Source: Alphaproteobacteria bacterium (GTDB taxonomy: Bacteria > Pseudomonadota > Alphaproteobacteria > Sphingomonadales > Kordiimonadaceae). Taken from it: a DNA stretch of 64,000 nucleotides. A program made the translations under genes and the position numbers. Under the pieces are notes generated by a model. The model saw only the letters and a list, made by a program, of their open reading frames with translations. It did not search any database and had not been told where the DNA came from. Below, one piece after another: positions 1 to 10,551 of this stretch (positions are counted from its first letter, which is position 1; each line of letters starts with the position of its first letter). The stretch lies in assembly GCA_021774775.1 (NCBI GenBank), contig JAJFIT010000249.1:4099-68098 (forward strand). Reading direction: 5' to 3'.

Positions 1-1
1 C

Positions 2-1114
2 GATGTGAAACCGCTTCTGGACGGTGAAAATCTAACTGTCGGGGCGCCGTTGCTAGCAAATCTGCACACCCGTTTGATGGACCGCGCGTTTGCGGGCCAG
101 CAGGTCGTTTCTGACAAGGACAATATTCTGCGCATGGGACAGGAAGTGCGCTCGCATTTTCACGGCCACTTGGGCCTTGTCGGCGTTAAGGACGAATACC
201 GGCCCTGGCATTGGGGGCCACGCACAGTTTATCCGCGCCTTGCAGGTGTTGATCGTTCCAACGGTGAAGTATTGGCCGCGACCGCGGGGGCCTCAGGTCT
301 CGTGACTTACATGCATCCGGTTGCGAAAAACCTTGACCCGTTTGATGACGGTAATCTGGGTAGTATTCCGCTTGAATTCGTTTCCGATGCCGTCCTGAGC
401 AAAACCCTTGGACTTGAGATTGTCTGCGCTTGGACCGACGAGCTGGGCACATCAGAGCTATGGTACCGGTTGCTAAACATCGGCAAGCCCGTTGTCGCGA
501 TGGCCGGAACCGACAGCTTTGCCGCGTTCCACCGCACGCCCGCAGCTGGTTCAGCGCGAGTGTACGCCGACATGGACGGTGCGAAACCAACCTGGGACAA
601 TGTGCTGGAAAAAACCAAGCGCGGGGAAAGTTTCGTCACCAACGCACCGGCACTGCTGTTCACTGTAGCCGATAATATTAAACCCGGCGGCGTTGTGCGC
701 TCCGGGTCGCGCAACTGGTCCATTAACCTCACATCAGCACTGGCAGTGGAAAAAGTTGAGGTCGTTGTCAACGGCGACGTGGTCTGGCGAAGTGACGGCA
801 TCAAAGACGGCGAGACCAAAACCTACAGCGGCACCGTTAATTTGCCTGAAGGCGGCTGGGTCGCCGCCCGAGCACACGGCGGCAGAATGGCGTGGCCGGG
901 CATGGACAGTTACCCATTTGCCCACTCATCGCCCATCTGGATTGACCGCATTGGCAGTACCGACCCGGCGGCCGAGGCGGCGGCGAAAGCAGACTTGCTG
1001 AATGCGCTTGATAGCGCTCGTGCCAGAGCAAAAAGCGCCTACGGCAACGCAAAAACAACAAGGTTCAACAACAGAATTGAACAGGCAATTCAAACATTGT
1101 CAGCGGGAAATTAG
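2..1114 (+). CDS. C-terminal part of a CehA/McbA-like (PHP-type) metallohydrolase; 5' end lies outside the window
   Basis: Frame is open from the window edge. Motifs YMHP, 'WYRLLNIG...AGTDS', 'G.SFVTNAP.L' and 'W..ARA.G...FAHSSPIW' are typical of the CehA/McbA family C-terminal half. Confidence 0.6.
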   Translation, partial: DVKPLLDGENLTVGAPLLANLHTRLMDRAFAGQQVVSDKDNILRMGQEVRSHFHGHLGLVGVKDEYRPWHWGPRTVYPRLAGVDRSNGEVLAATAGASGLVTYMHPVAKNLDPFDDGNLGSIPLEFVSDAVLSKTLGLEIVCAWTDELGTSELWYRLLNIGKPVVAMAGTDSFAAFHRTPAAGSARVYADMDGAKPTWDNVLEKTKRGESFVTNAPALLFTVADNIKPGGVVRSGSRNWSINLTSALAVEKVEVVVNGDVVWRSDGIKDGETKTYSGTVNLPEGGWVAARAHGGRMAWPGMDSYPFAHSSPIWIDRIGSTDPAAEAAAKADLLNALDSARARAKSAYGNAKTTRFNNRIEQAIQTLSAGN

Positions 1115-1260
1115 GACCGAAAACCCCCGAATTATAGTGGCGTGATCGCCGTTTAAGTTATTTTTCATTTGATTTTTCAAATAAAAAATCTACGCTCAGT
1201 ACCGGATCGAAGGCAAAAGGTTGCTTGATCGGGCATAGAATACTGGGACGGACATAGACA

Positions 1261-3411
1261 ATGGCGGAAAGATCATTTGCCAAAGAAGTGCAAAGCCTGA
1301 AACTCGGCGACGGGGCTGAGTTCAAGGGTGAGGGCATTCTTGCCGTCACCAAGGCGCTGCTCCAATCTGGCGTTTCATATGTGGGCGGCTATCAAGGTGC
1401 GCCCATATCACATCTGATGGACGTTCTTGCCGACGCCGAAGAAATCCTGACCGAGCTGGATATCCATTTCGAGGCCAGCGCATCGGAAGCCGCTGCTGCC
1501 GCAATGCTGGCGGCATCGGTTAACTATCCCCTGCGAGGAGCGGTCACCTGGAAATCAACCGTTGGGACAAATGTGGCTTCGGATGCGCTTGCCAGCGTTT
1601 CATCAAGTGGCGTTATGGGCGGCGCGCTGGTTATTGTCGGCGAGGATTACGGCGAAGGCTCGTCGATCATGCAGGAACGCACCCATGCATTTGCCATGAA
1701 ATCACAGATGTGGCTTCTGGACCCCCGGCCTAACCTGACATCTATCACCGAAATGGTCGAAAAAGGATTTGAGCTTTCCGAAGCATCAAGCACGCCGGTG
1801 ATGCTGGAACTGCGCATCCGGGCATGCCACGTGCACGGCTCGTTTAAAGCCAAAGACAATGTGCGGCCAGGCTTCAAGCTGCGCGATGCCATGGAAAACC
1901 CGGTCAGAGACTATGACCGGGTGGTGCTGCCACCCTCTAATTTCGTCCATGAAAAAGAAAAAGTTGAACAGCGCTGGCCTGCCGCGATCGACTTTATCCG
2001 CGAGAATAAATTAAACGAATTTTTCGGTGGCCATACAGCAAGCCACGGCATCATTGTTCAGGGCGGGCTCTATAACACCCTGATGCGGGCGTTGGCTATT
2101 CTGGGCCTGGCGGACCATTACGGTGAAACCGATATTCCGATCTACTGCCTGAATGTAACTTACCCGCTGCTAAACGGCGAAGTTGCCGGTTTCTGCGTCG
2201 ATAAAAAAGCAGTGTTGGTTGTCGAGGAAGGCCAGCCGGAATATCTGGAACAGGCCATATGCACCATCCTGCGCCGCGAAGACATTTCAACCAAGGTCCA
2301 CGGCAAGGACATGCTGCCGCTGGCGGGCGAATATACCGGTCAGGTTGTCTGTGACGGCGTAGGCAAATTCCTCCAGACTCATGCGCCCGAGCTAGTTGAA
2401 ACTGCTACCGTCATCGGTTCCTCGCTACCTGAAGACAGCCAAAAAACACTTTTTGAAACGGTACCGAACCGCCCGTCTGGGTTTTGCACCGGCTGCCCGG
2501 AACGGCCAGTGTTTACCGCCATGAAACTGGTCCAACGTCAACTGGGCAACATTCATGTCAGCTGCGATATCGGCTGCCATCTGTTTTCAATATTACCGCC
2601 GTTCAATATCGGCAACACCACCATGGGCTACGGCCTGGGGTGGTCCGGGGCCTCGGCCTTCAATACCGAGACAAGCCAGCGAACCATCTCGATAATGGGC
2701 GATGGCGGTTTTTGGCACAACGGCCTTACCAGCGGTGTTGGCAACGCCGTGTTCAACAAAAACGACAATATTCTTGTCATCGTCGACAATGGCTATAGTG
2801 CAGCCACAGGCGGCCAGGATATTCTGTCCTCGCGTGCCGAAAATAGCAGCAAAAGCACCAAAAACCCGATCAGTAAAGCCATCGCCGGGCTGGGTATCAG
2901 GTGGCAACGCACTGTCATCACATACGACATCGGCGCTATGATGCGCACGCTGACGGAGGCAATGACCACGCCGGAAAAAGGACCGAAGGTTATCATCGCG
3001 GAAAGCGAATGTATGCTGAACCGCGAACGCAGGGAGAAGCCGATCCGCAACCAGCGTATCACCGAAGGCAAGCGCATTGTACGCGCGCGTTTCGGGGTTG
3101 ATAGTGACACCTGTACCGGTGACCATGCCTGTATTCGCCTATCGGGCTGCCCGTCATTAACCATCAAAGACAACCCTGACCCACTACGCGAAGACCCAGT
3201 GGCATACGTTAATAACGACTGTGTTGGCTGCGGCGTGTGCGGCGAGGTATCCCATGCAGCGGTATTATGTCCGTCCTTTTACCGAGCGGATCTGGTTTAC
3301 AACCCGACAGTTTGGGACAGGTTCACCAACCGATTTCGCGGGTTGGTGATTGGCTTCCTGCAGCGCCGGGCAGACAAGCGCCGCGCCAAATTCTCGTTTG
3401 GGGACCTGTGA
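1261..3411 (+). CDS. iorA: Indolepyruvate ferredoxin oxidoreductase alpha subunit family
   Basis: GYQGAP N-terminal motif, FCTGCPERP, TPP-binding GDGGFWHNG..N, and C-terminal ferredoxin Cys clusters (CTGDHAC..., CVGCGVC). Confidence 0.9.
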   Translation: MAERSFAKEVQSLKLGDGAEFKGEGILAVTKALLQSGVSYVGGYQGAPISHLMDVLADAEEILTELDIHFEASASEAAAAAMLAASVNYPLRGAVTWKSTVGTNVASDALASVSSSGVMGGALVIVGEDYGEGSSIMQERTHAFAMKSQMWLLDPRPNLTSITEMVEKGFELSEASSTPVMLELRIRACHVHGSFKAKDNVRPGFKLRDAMENPVRDYDRVVLPPSNFVHEKEKVEQRWPAAIDFIRENKLNEFFGGHTASHGIIVQGGLYNTLMRALAILGLADHYGETDIPIYCLNVTYPLLNGEVAGFCVDKKAVLVVEEGQPEYLEQAICTILRREDISTKVHGKDMLPLAGEYTGQVVCDGVGKFLQTHAPELVETATVIGSSLPEDSQKTLFETVPNRPSGFCTGCPERPVFTAMKLVQRQLGNIHVSCDIGCHLFSILPPFNIGNTTMGYGLGWSGASAFNTETSQRTISIMGDGGFWHNGLTSGVGNAVFNKNDNILVIVDNGYSAATGGQDILSSRAENSSKSTKNPISKAIAGLGIRWQRTVITYDIGAMMRTLTEAMTTPEKGPKVIIAESECMLNRERREKPIRNQRITEGKRIVRARFGVDSDTCTGDHACIRLSGCPSLTIKDNPDPLREDPVAYVNNDCVGCGVCGEVSHAAVLCPSFYRADLVYNPTVWDRFTNRFRGLVIGFLQRRADKRRAKFSFGDL

Positions 3412-3413
3412 AC

Positions 3414-4967
3414 ATGGCAACCCTGTCGAGAGATAAACCGATCAATATTGCGATTATTGCCATGGGCGGCCAAGGCGGCGGCGTATTGTCCAAATGGATA
3501 CTTAATCTGGCGGACAGCCAAGGCTATATCGCGCAATATACTTCAGTTCCCGGCGTGGCGCAGCGAACCGGTGCCACCATCTATTACATCGAATTATTCC
3601 CGGCGCATCTGGCCGAGCAGGCAGGCAAGAAGCCCATTCTCGCGCTGACCCCGGTGCCCGGTGACGTGGATATTGTTATTGCTTCTGAAATGATCGAAGC
3701 TGGCCGCGCGCTGATGCGCGGCTTTGTGGACGGCAATACCAGCTTCATCGCATCCAACCATCGGGATTATGCCATTTTCGAAAAACAGGAAATGGGCGAC
3801 GGACGCAGGCCGGTAGACGAGATCAACAGCCTGGCCCAAGAAACCGCCCGCGAATTTATCTGTTTCAATATGGACGCAGCGGCGCGCTCGGTTGGTTCGG
3901 TTATCAGTTCGGTGCTGTTCGGCGCACTGGCTGGTTCTGGTGCCCTGCCCTTTAAACGCGCTGATTTTGAAGCAACAATTGCCGCTAGCAAAAAGGCGGT
4001 TCAGGCCAACCTTAAAGGCTTTGAACTGGGTTTCGAAACGGCGACGGAAGAACAGGTAACCAACAACTCGCCTGTGGAAAAACCCGAGCCCGCGCAGACC
4101 TATGCAACGACTGTTGCAAAGCTGATGGTCCGTATGGAATGTGAATTTCCGCCTCATGCGCACTTCTATATACGCGAGGGCTTGAAAAAGCTGGTCGACT
4201 TCGAAAATACCGATTATGCGACCCTGTATCTGGACCGATTGGCGCAGATCTACAAAACCGATAAACAAACAGGTGGCAGCGGCAAAAAATGGCGGTTAAC
4301 AACCGAGAGCGCACGCTATCTTGCACTGGCCATGGCATACGATGATGTGATGCGTGTCGCTGATCTCAAAACCAGGTCAGATCGCTTCGACAGGTTTCGC
4401 AATGAGGTGAAGGCAGAGCCGGACCAGATTGTTCATGTATCGGAATTCATGCATCCGCGGCTCGAGGAAATCGCCGAAATTTTACCGATCCGATTGGGGC
4501 AATTCATGCTGTCGAGCAAAGCAGTGAGAAAAATAAGCGGTCTTTTCTTCAACAAAGGCCGCCGGATTTCAACCACCAAGCTTGGCGGGTTCGTCCTGCT
4601 ATATGCGATGGGTCGCATGTCCTGGCTGCGCGGGTATAGCCTGCGACTTTTGCGCGAAAACCAGCGAATTGAAAGCTGGCTTGTCGCCATCGAAGATGCT
4701 GCACAACGAGATTATGCTTTGGCGATTGAGATCGCTGGCCTGCAACGGTTGATCAAAGGCTACGGCGACACCCACGCGCGCGGACTGCACCGCTATTCGG
4801 TAATCATGAACGTCTATGACAAGATCAAAGATGGTGCAGATGCTGCGGAGGCCATTGCCCGCCTGAAAGCTGCGGCCCTGAAAGACGAAGAAGGAGTAGC
4901 TTTCGCCGAAGCGCTCTACACGATCGTCGGCGACGGGACCCAACCCAGCACCAACCTCCATGTTTAG
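3414..4967 (+). CDS. iorB: Indolepyruvate oxidoreductase beta subunit family (long form with C-terminal extension)
   Basis: ATG 2 nt after the iorA stop. Motifs AMGGQGGGVL, VPGVAQRTGAT, MAYDDVMRVADLK and LIKGYGDTH. Confidence 0.85.
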   Translation: MATLSRDKPINIAIIAMGGQGGGVLSKWILNLADSQGYIAQYTSVPGVAQRTGATIYYIELFPAHLAEQAGKKPILALTPVPGDVDIVIASEMIEAGRALMRGFVDGNTSFIASNHRDYAIFEKQEMGDGRRPVDEINSLAQETAREFICFNMDAAARSVGSVISSVLFGALAGSGALPFKRADFEATIAASKKAVQANLKGFELGFETATEEQVTNNSPVEKPEPAQTYATTVAKLMVRMECEFPPHAHFYIREGLKKLVDFENTDYATLYLDRLAQIYKTDKQTGGSGKKWRLTTESARYLALAMAYDDVMRVADLKTRSDRFDRFRNEVKAEPDQIVHVSEFMHPRLEEIAEILPIRLGQFMLSSKAVRKISGLFFNKGRRISTTKLGGFVLLYAMGRMSWLRGYSLRLLRENQRIESWLVAIEDAAQRDYALAIEIAGLQRLIKGYGDTHARGLHRYSVIMNVYDKIKDGADAAEAIARLKAAALKDEEGVAFAEALYTIVGDGTQPSTNLHV

Positions 4968-5013
4968 CCGTTAATCCCCGCCCAATAAGTCACCCCGAAA
5001 AGAAACGAGGACA

Positions 5014-5511
5014 ATGACCATTTTAGCCAACCAAACCGAGCCAACGCCCAAAGGTACAGATTTTAGTCTGGATGACTATCCGCTCTACAATTTGAACCGG
5101 ACCTCGGCCACCTACGGCAACGAAATGTCCACCGCCTTACAAACCATTGGGATGGACCAAACCCAATGGCGCATACTGGGTATTCTGGGCGACAAGAATA
5201 ACAGCACCGTCTCGGAAATAGCCCGGCGAGGCGTGATTAAAATTTCCACCGTAACCCGGATGTTGGAACGCATGGAGCGTGACAACCTGCTGTCGCGCAC
5301 GCCGTGGGAAAAAGACAAGCGCATCGTGCGCGTATCACTGACCGCCGAAGGCCGCTGCGCACTGGAAGCGGCCCTTGTCATATGGGCAAATATCCACGCC
5401 GCAGCTACACAAGGCATAAGTGAACGTGACATGGCTGTCTTCACCAATACACTGAAGAGAATCCGCGAAAACCTGGACCGTAACCCCTATAGTCAAAAAT
5501 CGGGGCAATAG
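5014..5511 (+). CDS. MarR family transcriptional regulator
   Basis: 165 aa. 'QWRIL..L', HTH 'SEIA...STVTRMLERME', and 'DKR...V.LT.EG'. Confidence 0.9.
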   Translation: MTILANQTEPTPKGTDFSLDDYPLYNLNRTSATYGNEMSTALQTIGMDQTQWRILGILGDKNNSTVSEIARRGVIKISTVTRMLERMERDNLLSRTPWEKDKRIVRVSLTAEGRCALEAALVIWANIHAAATQGISERDMAVFTNTLKRIRENLDRNPYSQKSGQ

Positions 5512-5770
5512 AGCAATGTGGAAGCCGAAAGCGCACATCAGGTTTGAAACATCAACAAAGACATGACCGAGCAATGCCGAGACAAAAACAGCGCCGCGCT
5601 GGCACCCGTATACGTAGGAAAGCTGACGCGGCAATCCCTTGTGCTTAACCTCATCGAGGCCTTTCGTTGCTTTTTAATTTATCTATAAATAAAACTCTAG
5701 ACAGAAATCCCCTCTCCACACCATATATAAATAAAGGGCTTATTCTATCGAAAACGTAAAAATAATAGTC

Positions 5771-5805
5771 TTGACTAAATTTAGTTTATATATAAATTAA
5801 ATTTA
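5771..5805 (+). promoter_or_regulatory. Candidate sigma70 promoter overlapped by a ~30-bp AT-rich palindrome (putative MarR operator)
   Basis: TTGACT at 5771-5776 runs into the near-perfect inverted repeat TAAATTTAGTTTATATATAAATTAAATTTA (5776-5805), just upstream of the marR at 5831. Confidence 0.55.
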
Positions 5806-5830
5806 ACTTCACTAAACTAGGGCGCAACCA

Positions 5831-6316
5831 ATGGCTGTTGAAAATCGGGGAAATACTGCTGTTAAAAGCTGGTTGGCTTTGCTGACAGCCGCCAATGCGA
5901 TCAAAAAAGATATTGATACCCGGCTGCGGGCGCAATTTGATATGTCAATCTCTCGCTTTGATGTCCTGTCGGCGCTCGACCGCAGCAAGCGCAACGGCCT
6001 GCGAGCCGGACAACTGTCTCGGCAACTTTTTGTCAGCGACGGAAATACCACGCAGGTGATGTCCAAACTTGTCAAGGAAGGGTTGGTTTTGCGTCGACCC
6101 GACAGCCAGGATGCGCGTGCTATCAACTATTCACTTTCCGACGAAGGCAAGCATTTGTTCGACCGTATGGCAGTAGCACACGAAATCTGGATTCGGACAA
6201 TTTTTGACGAGCTTCCCGATCAAAAACAATTGGAACTCAGCGATATTCTAACGCTGCTGAAACCTGAAATGGTCGATGGCCACAAATTGCCAAGGGATGA
6301 GAAAATACATGTCTGA
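5831..6316 (+). CDS. MarR family transcriptional regulator (first gene of the acyl-CoA dehydrogenase/RidA/monooxygenase operon)
   Basis: 'RFDVLSAL', '[13 protein letters not shown]' and 'DAR....LSDEG' motifs. The stop overlaps the start of the next gene. Confidence 0.9.
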   Translation: MAVENRGNTAVKSWLALLTAANAIKKDIDTRLRAQFDMSISRFDVLSALDRSKRNGLRAGQLSRQLFVSDGNTTQVMSKLVKEGLVLRRPDSQDARAINYSLSDEGKHLFDRMAVAHEIWIRTIFDELPDQKQLELSDILTLLKPEMVDGHKLPRDEKIHV

Positions 6317-7502
6317 TTTCAGCTATCTGGATTGGCCTTTTTTTGAGGACGCTCACCGCGCCCTCGCTCGCGACCTGGACGCTTGGGCAATAACCACATT
6401 ACCGGGCATACTGGATCAAGACGGCGATCATTCTGATGTCGCTGGCACCTGCCGCCACCTTGTTGCGTCCCTTGGCGCCGGAGGGTGGCTAAAATACGCA
6501 GTGCCCGGCGACTATGGCGGCATATATCCCAAATTGGATGTGCGCTCGCTTTGCATCATCCGCGAAACACTGGCGCGCCACTCGGGCCTGGCTGATTTCG
6601 CCTTTGCCATGCAGGGGCTTGGGTCTGGTGCAATCAGCAATTATGGCTCTCCCGAGTTGAAACAGGCCTATCTGCCTGCTGTTGCCAGCGGCGAGAAAAT
6701 TGCAGCCTTTGCCCTATCAGAGCCTGATGCGGGCTCTGATGTTTCGGCCATATCCACGACCCTTAGACAGGACGGTGATATCTATATCGCGAGCGGTGAA
6801 AAAACCTGGATTTCCAACGGCGGCATTGCCGACTTCTACACTTTATTTGCGCGCAGCGCAGACAGTGAAGGCCAAATCTCAGCAATCGTTATTGATGCCA
6901 ACACGCCGGGCCTCTCGGTCACTGAAACCATTGATGTTATCGCGCCTCATCCGCTAGCGCGACTTACGTTTGACAAATGTGCCATTCCAACGGCCAACAT
7001 CATCGGCGAAGTCGGCAAGGGTATGCGAACAGCCCTGGGCACCCTCGATATTTTCAGGTCAACCGTCGGCGCGGCGGCACTGGGTTTTGCACGTCGCGCC
7101 CTGGACGAAGCAACTGACCGCGCCCTCTCCCGCAAGATGTTCGGCCAAACTTTGGCAGACATGCCAATTGCGCAGGCACAGTTTGCCGAGATGGCGATGG
7201 ATGTGGACGCGTCAGCGCTGCTGGTTTACCGATCTGCCTGGACTAAGGATGTCAAAAAAACCCGGGTTACGCGCGAAGCTGCAATGGCCAAACTTTTTGC
7301 CACCGACCAAAGCCAGCAAGTTATCGACAAAGCGCTTCAAATGTTTGGAGCGCTGGGAGTTTGCAAAGGCATGAAAGTGGAAGAATTGTACCGCGAAATT
7401 CGCGCTCTTCGTATCTATGAAGGCGCATCGGACGTGCAGAAAATTGTGATCGCGCGCCAGCATCTCAACAATCACAGAAACGGAACAGCCAACAATGTTT
7501 GA
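6309..7502 (+). CDS. Acyl-CoA dehydrogenase family protein
   Basis: [21 protein letters not shown] and [14 protein letters not shown] motifs. ATG at 6309 overlaps the marR stop. Confidence 0.92.
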   Translation: MSDFSYLDWPFFEDAHRALARDLDAWAITTLPGILDQDGDHSDVAGTCRHLVASLGAGGWLKYAVPGDYGGIYPKLDVRSLCIIRETLARHSGLADFAFAMQGLGSGAISNYGSPELKQAYLPAVASGEKIAAFALSEPDAGSDVSAISTTLRQDGDIYIASGEKTWISNGGIADFYTLFARSADSEGQISAIVIDANTPGLSVTETIDVIAPHPLARLTFDKCAIPTANIIGEVGKGMRTALGTLDIFRSTVGAAALGFARRALDEATDRALSRKMFGQTLADMPIAQAQFAEMAMDVDASALLVYRSAWTKDVKKTRVTREAAMAKLFATDQSQQVIDKALQMFGALGVCKGMKVEELYREIRALRIYEGASDVQKIVIARQHLNNHRNGTANNV

Positions 7503-7890
7503 CACCCTGCAACCGGATGGTTGGCCGCGGCCCAAAGGCTACGCAAACGGCATTAAGGCGACAGGCACCATAGTGTTCACCGCGGGCGTCATTGGCTGGA
7601 ACGATCAGGAAATTTTCGAGCACACTGACCTGGTTGGTCAGCTGAGGCAGATACTACTCAGCACCAAAGCAATTCTGGCCGAGGCAGATGCGGGTCCGGA
7701 GCATATCGTTCGTATGACCTGGTATATATGCGACCGCACTGAATACGCCAGCCAACTGGCGGAAATTGGTACTGTGTGGCGCGAGATTATGGGCCGGGTG
7801 TTTCCTTGTATGACTTGTGTTCAGGTGGCCGGCCTGATCGAAGCTGCCGCGCGCATTGAAATTGAAACAACAGCGATTGTTCCGGACTAA
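7495..7890 (+). CDS. RidA/YjgF family enamine deaminase
   Basis: 131 aa. '[11 protein letters not shown]' start and 'V.V..L.....IEIE..A' C-terminus. Confidence 0.88.
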   Translation: MFDTLQPDGWPRPKGYANGIKATGTIVFTAGVIGWNDQEIFEHTDLVGQLRQILLSTKAILAEADAGPEHIVRMTWYICDRTEYASQLAEIGTVWREIMGRVFPCMTCVQVAGLIEAAARIEIETTAIVPD

Positions 7891-7957
7891 GAAGCCAAAA
7901 CTTATCGACTCTGCCAACAGGGGTCCGGTAAATAACGGCATTTGAGAAGGCGAAAAG

Positions 7958-10303
7958 ATGAAAATTTCAGTCATAGGTGGGGGGCCGGGCGGTCTGTATT
8001 TTGCGTTGCTGACCAAAAAACGACGCCCTGACATTGAGATTGAGTTGTTTGAACAAAATCGGGCCGATGACACTTTTGGTTTCGGCGTGGTTTTTTCCGA
8101 TGAAACTCTTGATGAGTTTTTAAGCGCTGACGCAGAATCCTACGAAATGATCCGTGATCACTTTGCCTATTGGACCGATATGGTTATCGAACGCGGCGGC
8201 GAACGCTTTGTTATTGGCGGCAACGGTTTTGCTGGCTGCAATCGCATGACATTGCTGAGTCTACTGCAAAAACGATGCGCAGAAGTTGGCGTTAAGCTGA
8301 ATTTCAATGCGCGGATCGACATGGACAATTTCGATACGCAGTTTCAGGGGGCGGACCTGATTGTGGATGCTGGCGGGATCAACAGCCCAGTACGCGCCAA
8401 ATACGGTAAGGAATTTGGTGTTGAAATCACCGAAATGCGTAACAAGTTTACCTGGCTTGGCTCGTCCTGCCCGCTAGATGGCTTTACCTTCTTTTTTAAG
8501 CAAACCGAAAACGGCCATTTCTGCGCCCACACCTACCAGTATGAAGCAGGCCATTCCACATGGGTGATTGAAACAACCCCCGAATGCTGGCAAGCAAGCG
8601 GCTTTTCAGACATGAGCGAGGAAGAAAGCGCGCGTGCGCTGGAGGCTGTTTTCAAAGACGAATTAAAGGGCCACTCATTTGAAACCAATCGGTCTCTGTG
8701 GCGCAATTTCCCGACCATCAAATGCAACAAGTGGCACCACAAAAACATCGTTCTTCTGGGCGACTGCAAAGCCACCGCTCACTGGTCCATTGGTTCAGGC
8801 ACCAAACTGGCGATGGAATGTGCGGCATCGCTTTCTGGCGCGGTTATCAGACACGGCGACACAGTTGAAAGGGTATTCTCCGACTATGAAGCGGAGCGGC
8901 GCACCCCGGTAGAAATCACTCAGCATAACGCCGAAGTATCGCTGCGCTGGTTCGAAAATATGCCGCTGCACTGGCAAAAGTCGGGCTATGCTTTTGCTTT
9001 TTCCTGCATGTCGAGGGCCAAATCAATTGACTGGGACAATCTTGCATTGCGTGATCCGGCTTTTCGGGAAAAATGCGAAACGGAATTTTACCAGCGCTAT
9101 AACGCCACAAGCGCATTTAACGTCGGCGATGAGCGCCCCACACCCATGTTTACGCCGTTTCGGTTGCGCGGTATGACGCTGGCAAACCGGGTGGCGATGG
9201 CACCGATGGCTCAGTATTGTGCCGAGGACGGCCTGCCGAGCCAATGGCACTTTTCTCATTATACCTCACGGGCAGTTGGTGGCACCGGACTGATTTTCAC
9301 TGAGATGACCTGCCCGACACCAGACGCGCGCATTACCGACGGCTGCACTGGCATCTGGAGCGAGGAACAACAGCTGGCATGGAAAGATATCGTCGATTTT
9401 ATCCACGACAATTCTGCCGCAAAAATTGCACTGCAACTGGGCCATGCCGGGCGCAAGGGCTCAACCAAAACGCCAGACGACGCCATGGACCAACCAAAAA
9501 ATAGCGACAATTGGCCGATTTACTCCGCTTCACCGATCCCTTATATCGACGGCACTTCGGACATACCCGTTGAGCTGGAGCGGGCTAAAATGACTAGAAT
9601 AACAGCCGATTTTGTTGCTGCGGCCAAGCGGGGCGATGCTGCAGGTTTTGATATGCTCGAGATGCACGCAGCCCACGGCTACCTGCTAGCCAGCTTCCTG
9701 TCTCCCCTGACCAACCAGCGAACCGATGAGTACGGCGGCACTGTTGAGAACCGACTGCGCTATCCGCTGGAAGTTTTCACCGCCATGCGCGCAGTCTGGC
9801 CCGAAGAAAAACCCATGTCGGTTCGGCTGTCAGCAAGCGACTGGGCGAAAGGCGGCATGAGCCTGGAGAATATTGTGGTGATCGCCAAAGCCTTTAAGGC
9901 AGCGGGCGCAGACATCATTCATGTGTCGTCCGGCGAAACGGTAAAATGGCAAAAACCGGTTTGGGGCCGCATGTGGCAAACGCCCTTTGCCGAGCATATC
10001 AAGCATGCAGCAGACGTGCCCACCATCGCCGTTGGAGACATCACACTGCCAGCCCAGATTAATACCATCATTGCCGACGGGCGGGCCGACTTGTGTGCGC
10101 TGGGTCGCCCGCATCTGAATGATGCATTTTTTACCCGAAAAGCGGCAGGCCACTACGGCGTAAAAAACCAAGACTGGCCAACCCAGCTATACTCCGGCCA
10201 TTACCAACTGTACCGGGAAGCTGAAAAAGACAACGAGAAAACTGTCGACCTATCGGAAAAAGCCCGGCCGAACCGGCGTCACTATCGCAGAGCATCCGAG
10301 TAA
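7958..10303 (+). CDS. Bifunctional aryl-CoA monooxygenase/reductase (anthraniloyl-CoA monooxygenase AbmA / salicylyl-CoA 5-hydroxylase family)
   Basis: N-terminal FAD monooxygenase (GGGPGGL, DTFGFGVVFSD, GD...TAH.SIGSGTKLAME) fused to an Old Yellow Enzyme domain (NR..MAPM.QY, QLGHAGRK, HAAHGYLL..FLSP..N.RTD.YGG). Confidence 0.88.
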   Translation: MKISVIGGGPGGLYFALLTKKRRPDIEIELFEQNRADDTFGFGVVFSDETLDEFLSADAESYEMIRDHFAYWTDMVIERGGERFVIGGNGFAGCNRMTLLSLLQKRCAEVGVKLNFNARIDMDNFDTQFQGADLIVDAGGINSPVRAKYGKEFGVEITEMRNKFTWLGSSCPLDGFTFFFKQTENGHFCAHTYQYEAGHSTWVIETTPECWQASGFSDMSEEESARALEAVFKDELKGHSFETNRSLWRNFPTIKCNKWHHKNIVLLGDCKATAHWSIGSGTKLAMECAASLSGAVIRHGDTVERVFSDYEAERRTPVEITQHNAEVSLRWFENMPLHWQKSGYAFAFSCMSRAKSIDWDNLALRDPAFREKCETEFYQRYNATSAFNVGDERPTPMFTPFRLRGMTLANRVAMAPMAQYCAEDGLPSQWHFSHYTSRAVGGTGLIFTEMTCPTPDARITDGCTGIWSEEQQLAWKDIVDFIHDNSAAKIALQLGHAGRKGSTKTPDDAMDQPKNSDNWPIYSASPIPYIDGTSDIPVELERAKMTRITADFVAAAKRGDAAGFDMLEMHAAHGYLLASFLSPLTNQRTDEYGGTVENRLRYPLEVFTAMRAVWPEEKPMSVRLSASDWAKGGMSLENIVVIAKAFKAAGADIIHVSSGETVKWQKPVWGRMWQTPFAEHIKHAADVPTIAVGDITLPAQINTIIADGRADLCALGRPHLNDAFFTRKAAGHYGVKNQDWPTQLYSGHYQLYREAEKDNEKTVDLSEKARPNRRHYRRASE

Positions 10304-10378
10304 CAATCCTCACAAAATACCTACAATCTACATTCTGTTTTGACCTACTATCAAAACGAAAATTTAGATGGTGTCTAT

Positions 10379-10463
10379 GCTCAGGACCTATTAATTCAGG
10401 GGATTCCCGAATGAGATAAATTATGATTCATTCATTATATGGTGGATTTAATAAGTCCTGAGC
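10379..10463. mobile_element. MITE-like miniature element / IS remnant with 16-bp terminal inverted repeats
   Basis: GCTCAGGACCTATTAA (10379-10394) and TTAATAAGTCCTGAGC (10448-10463) match at 15/16. The AT-rich interior has no ORF, and the element lies between convergent genes. Confidence 0.5.
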
Positions 10464-10551
10464 CTAATATCTAATTCCGCCAAAATTCTCTTTACTGGTT
10501 AAAATTTGCATCGCCGGGACGGCAAGTAATAACGTTTCCAGTCTGTCCCTG

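Noticed and set aside
3237-3413. N-terminal extension of iorB in the ORF track
   Set aside because: It overlaps iorA. The family-typical sequence begins at the ATG at 3414.
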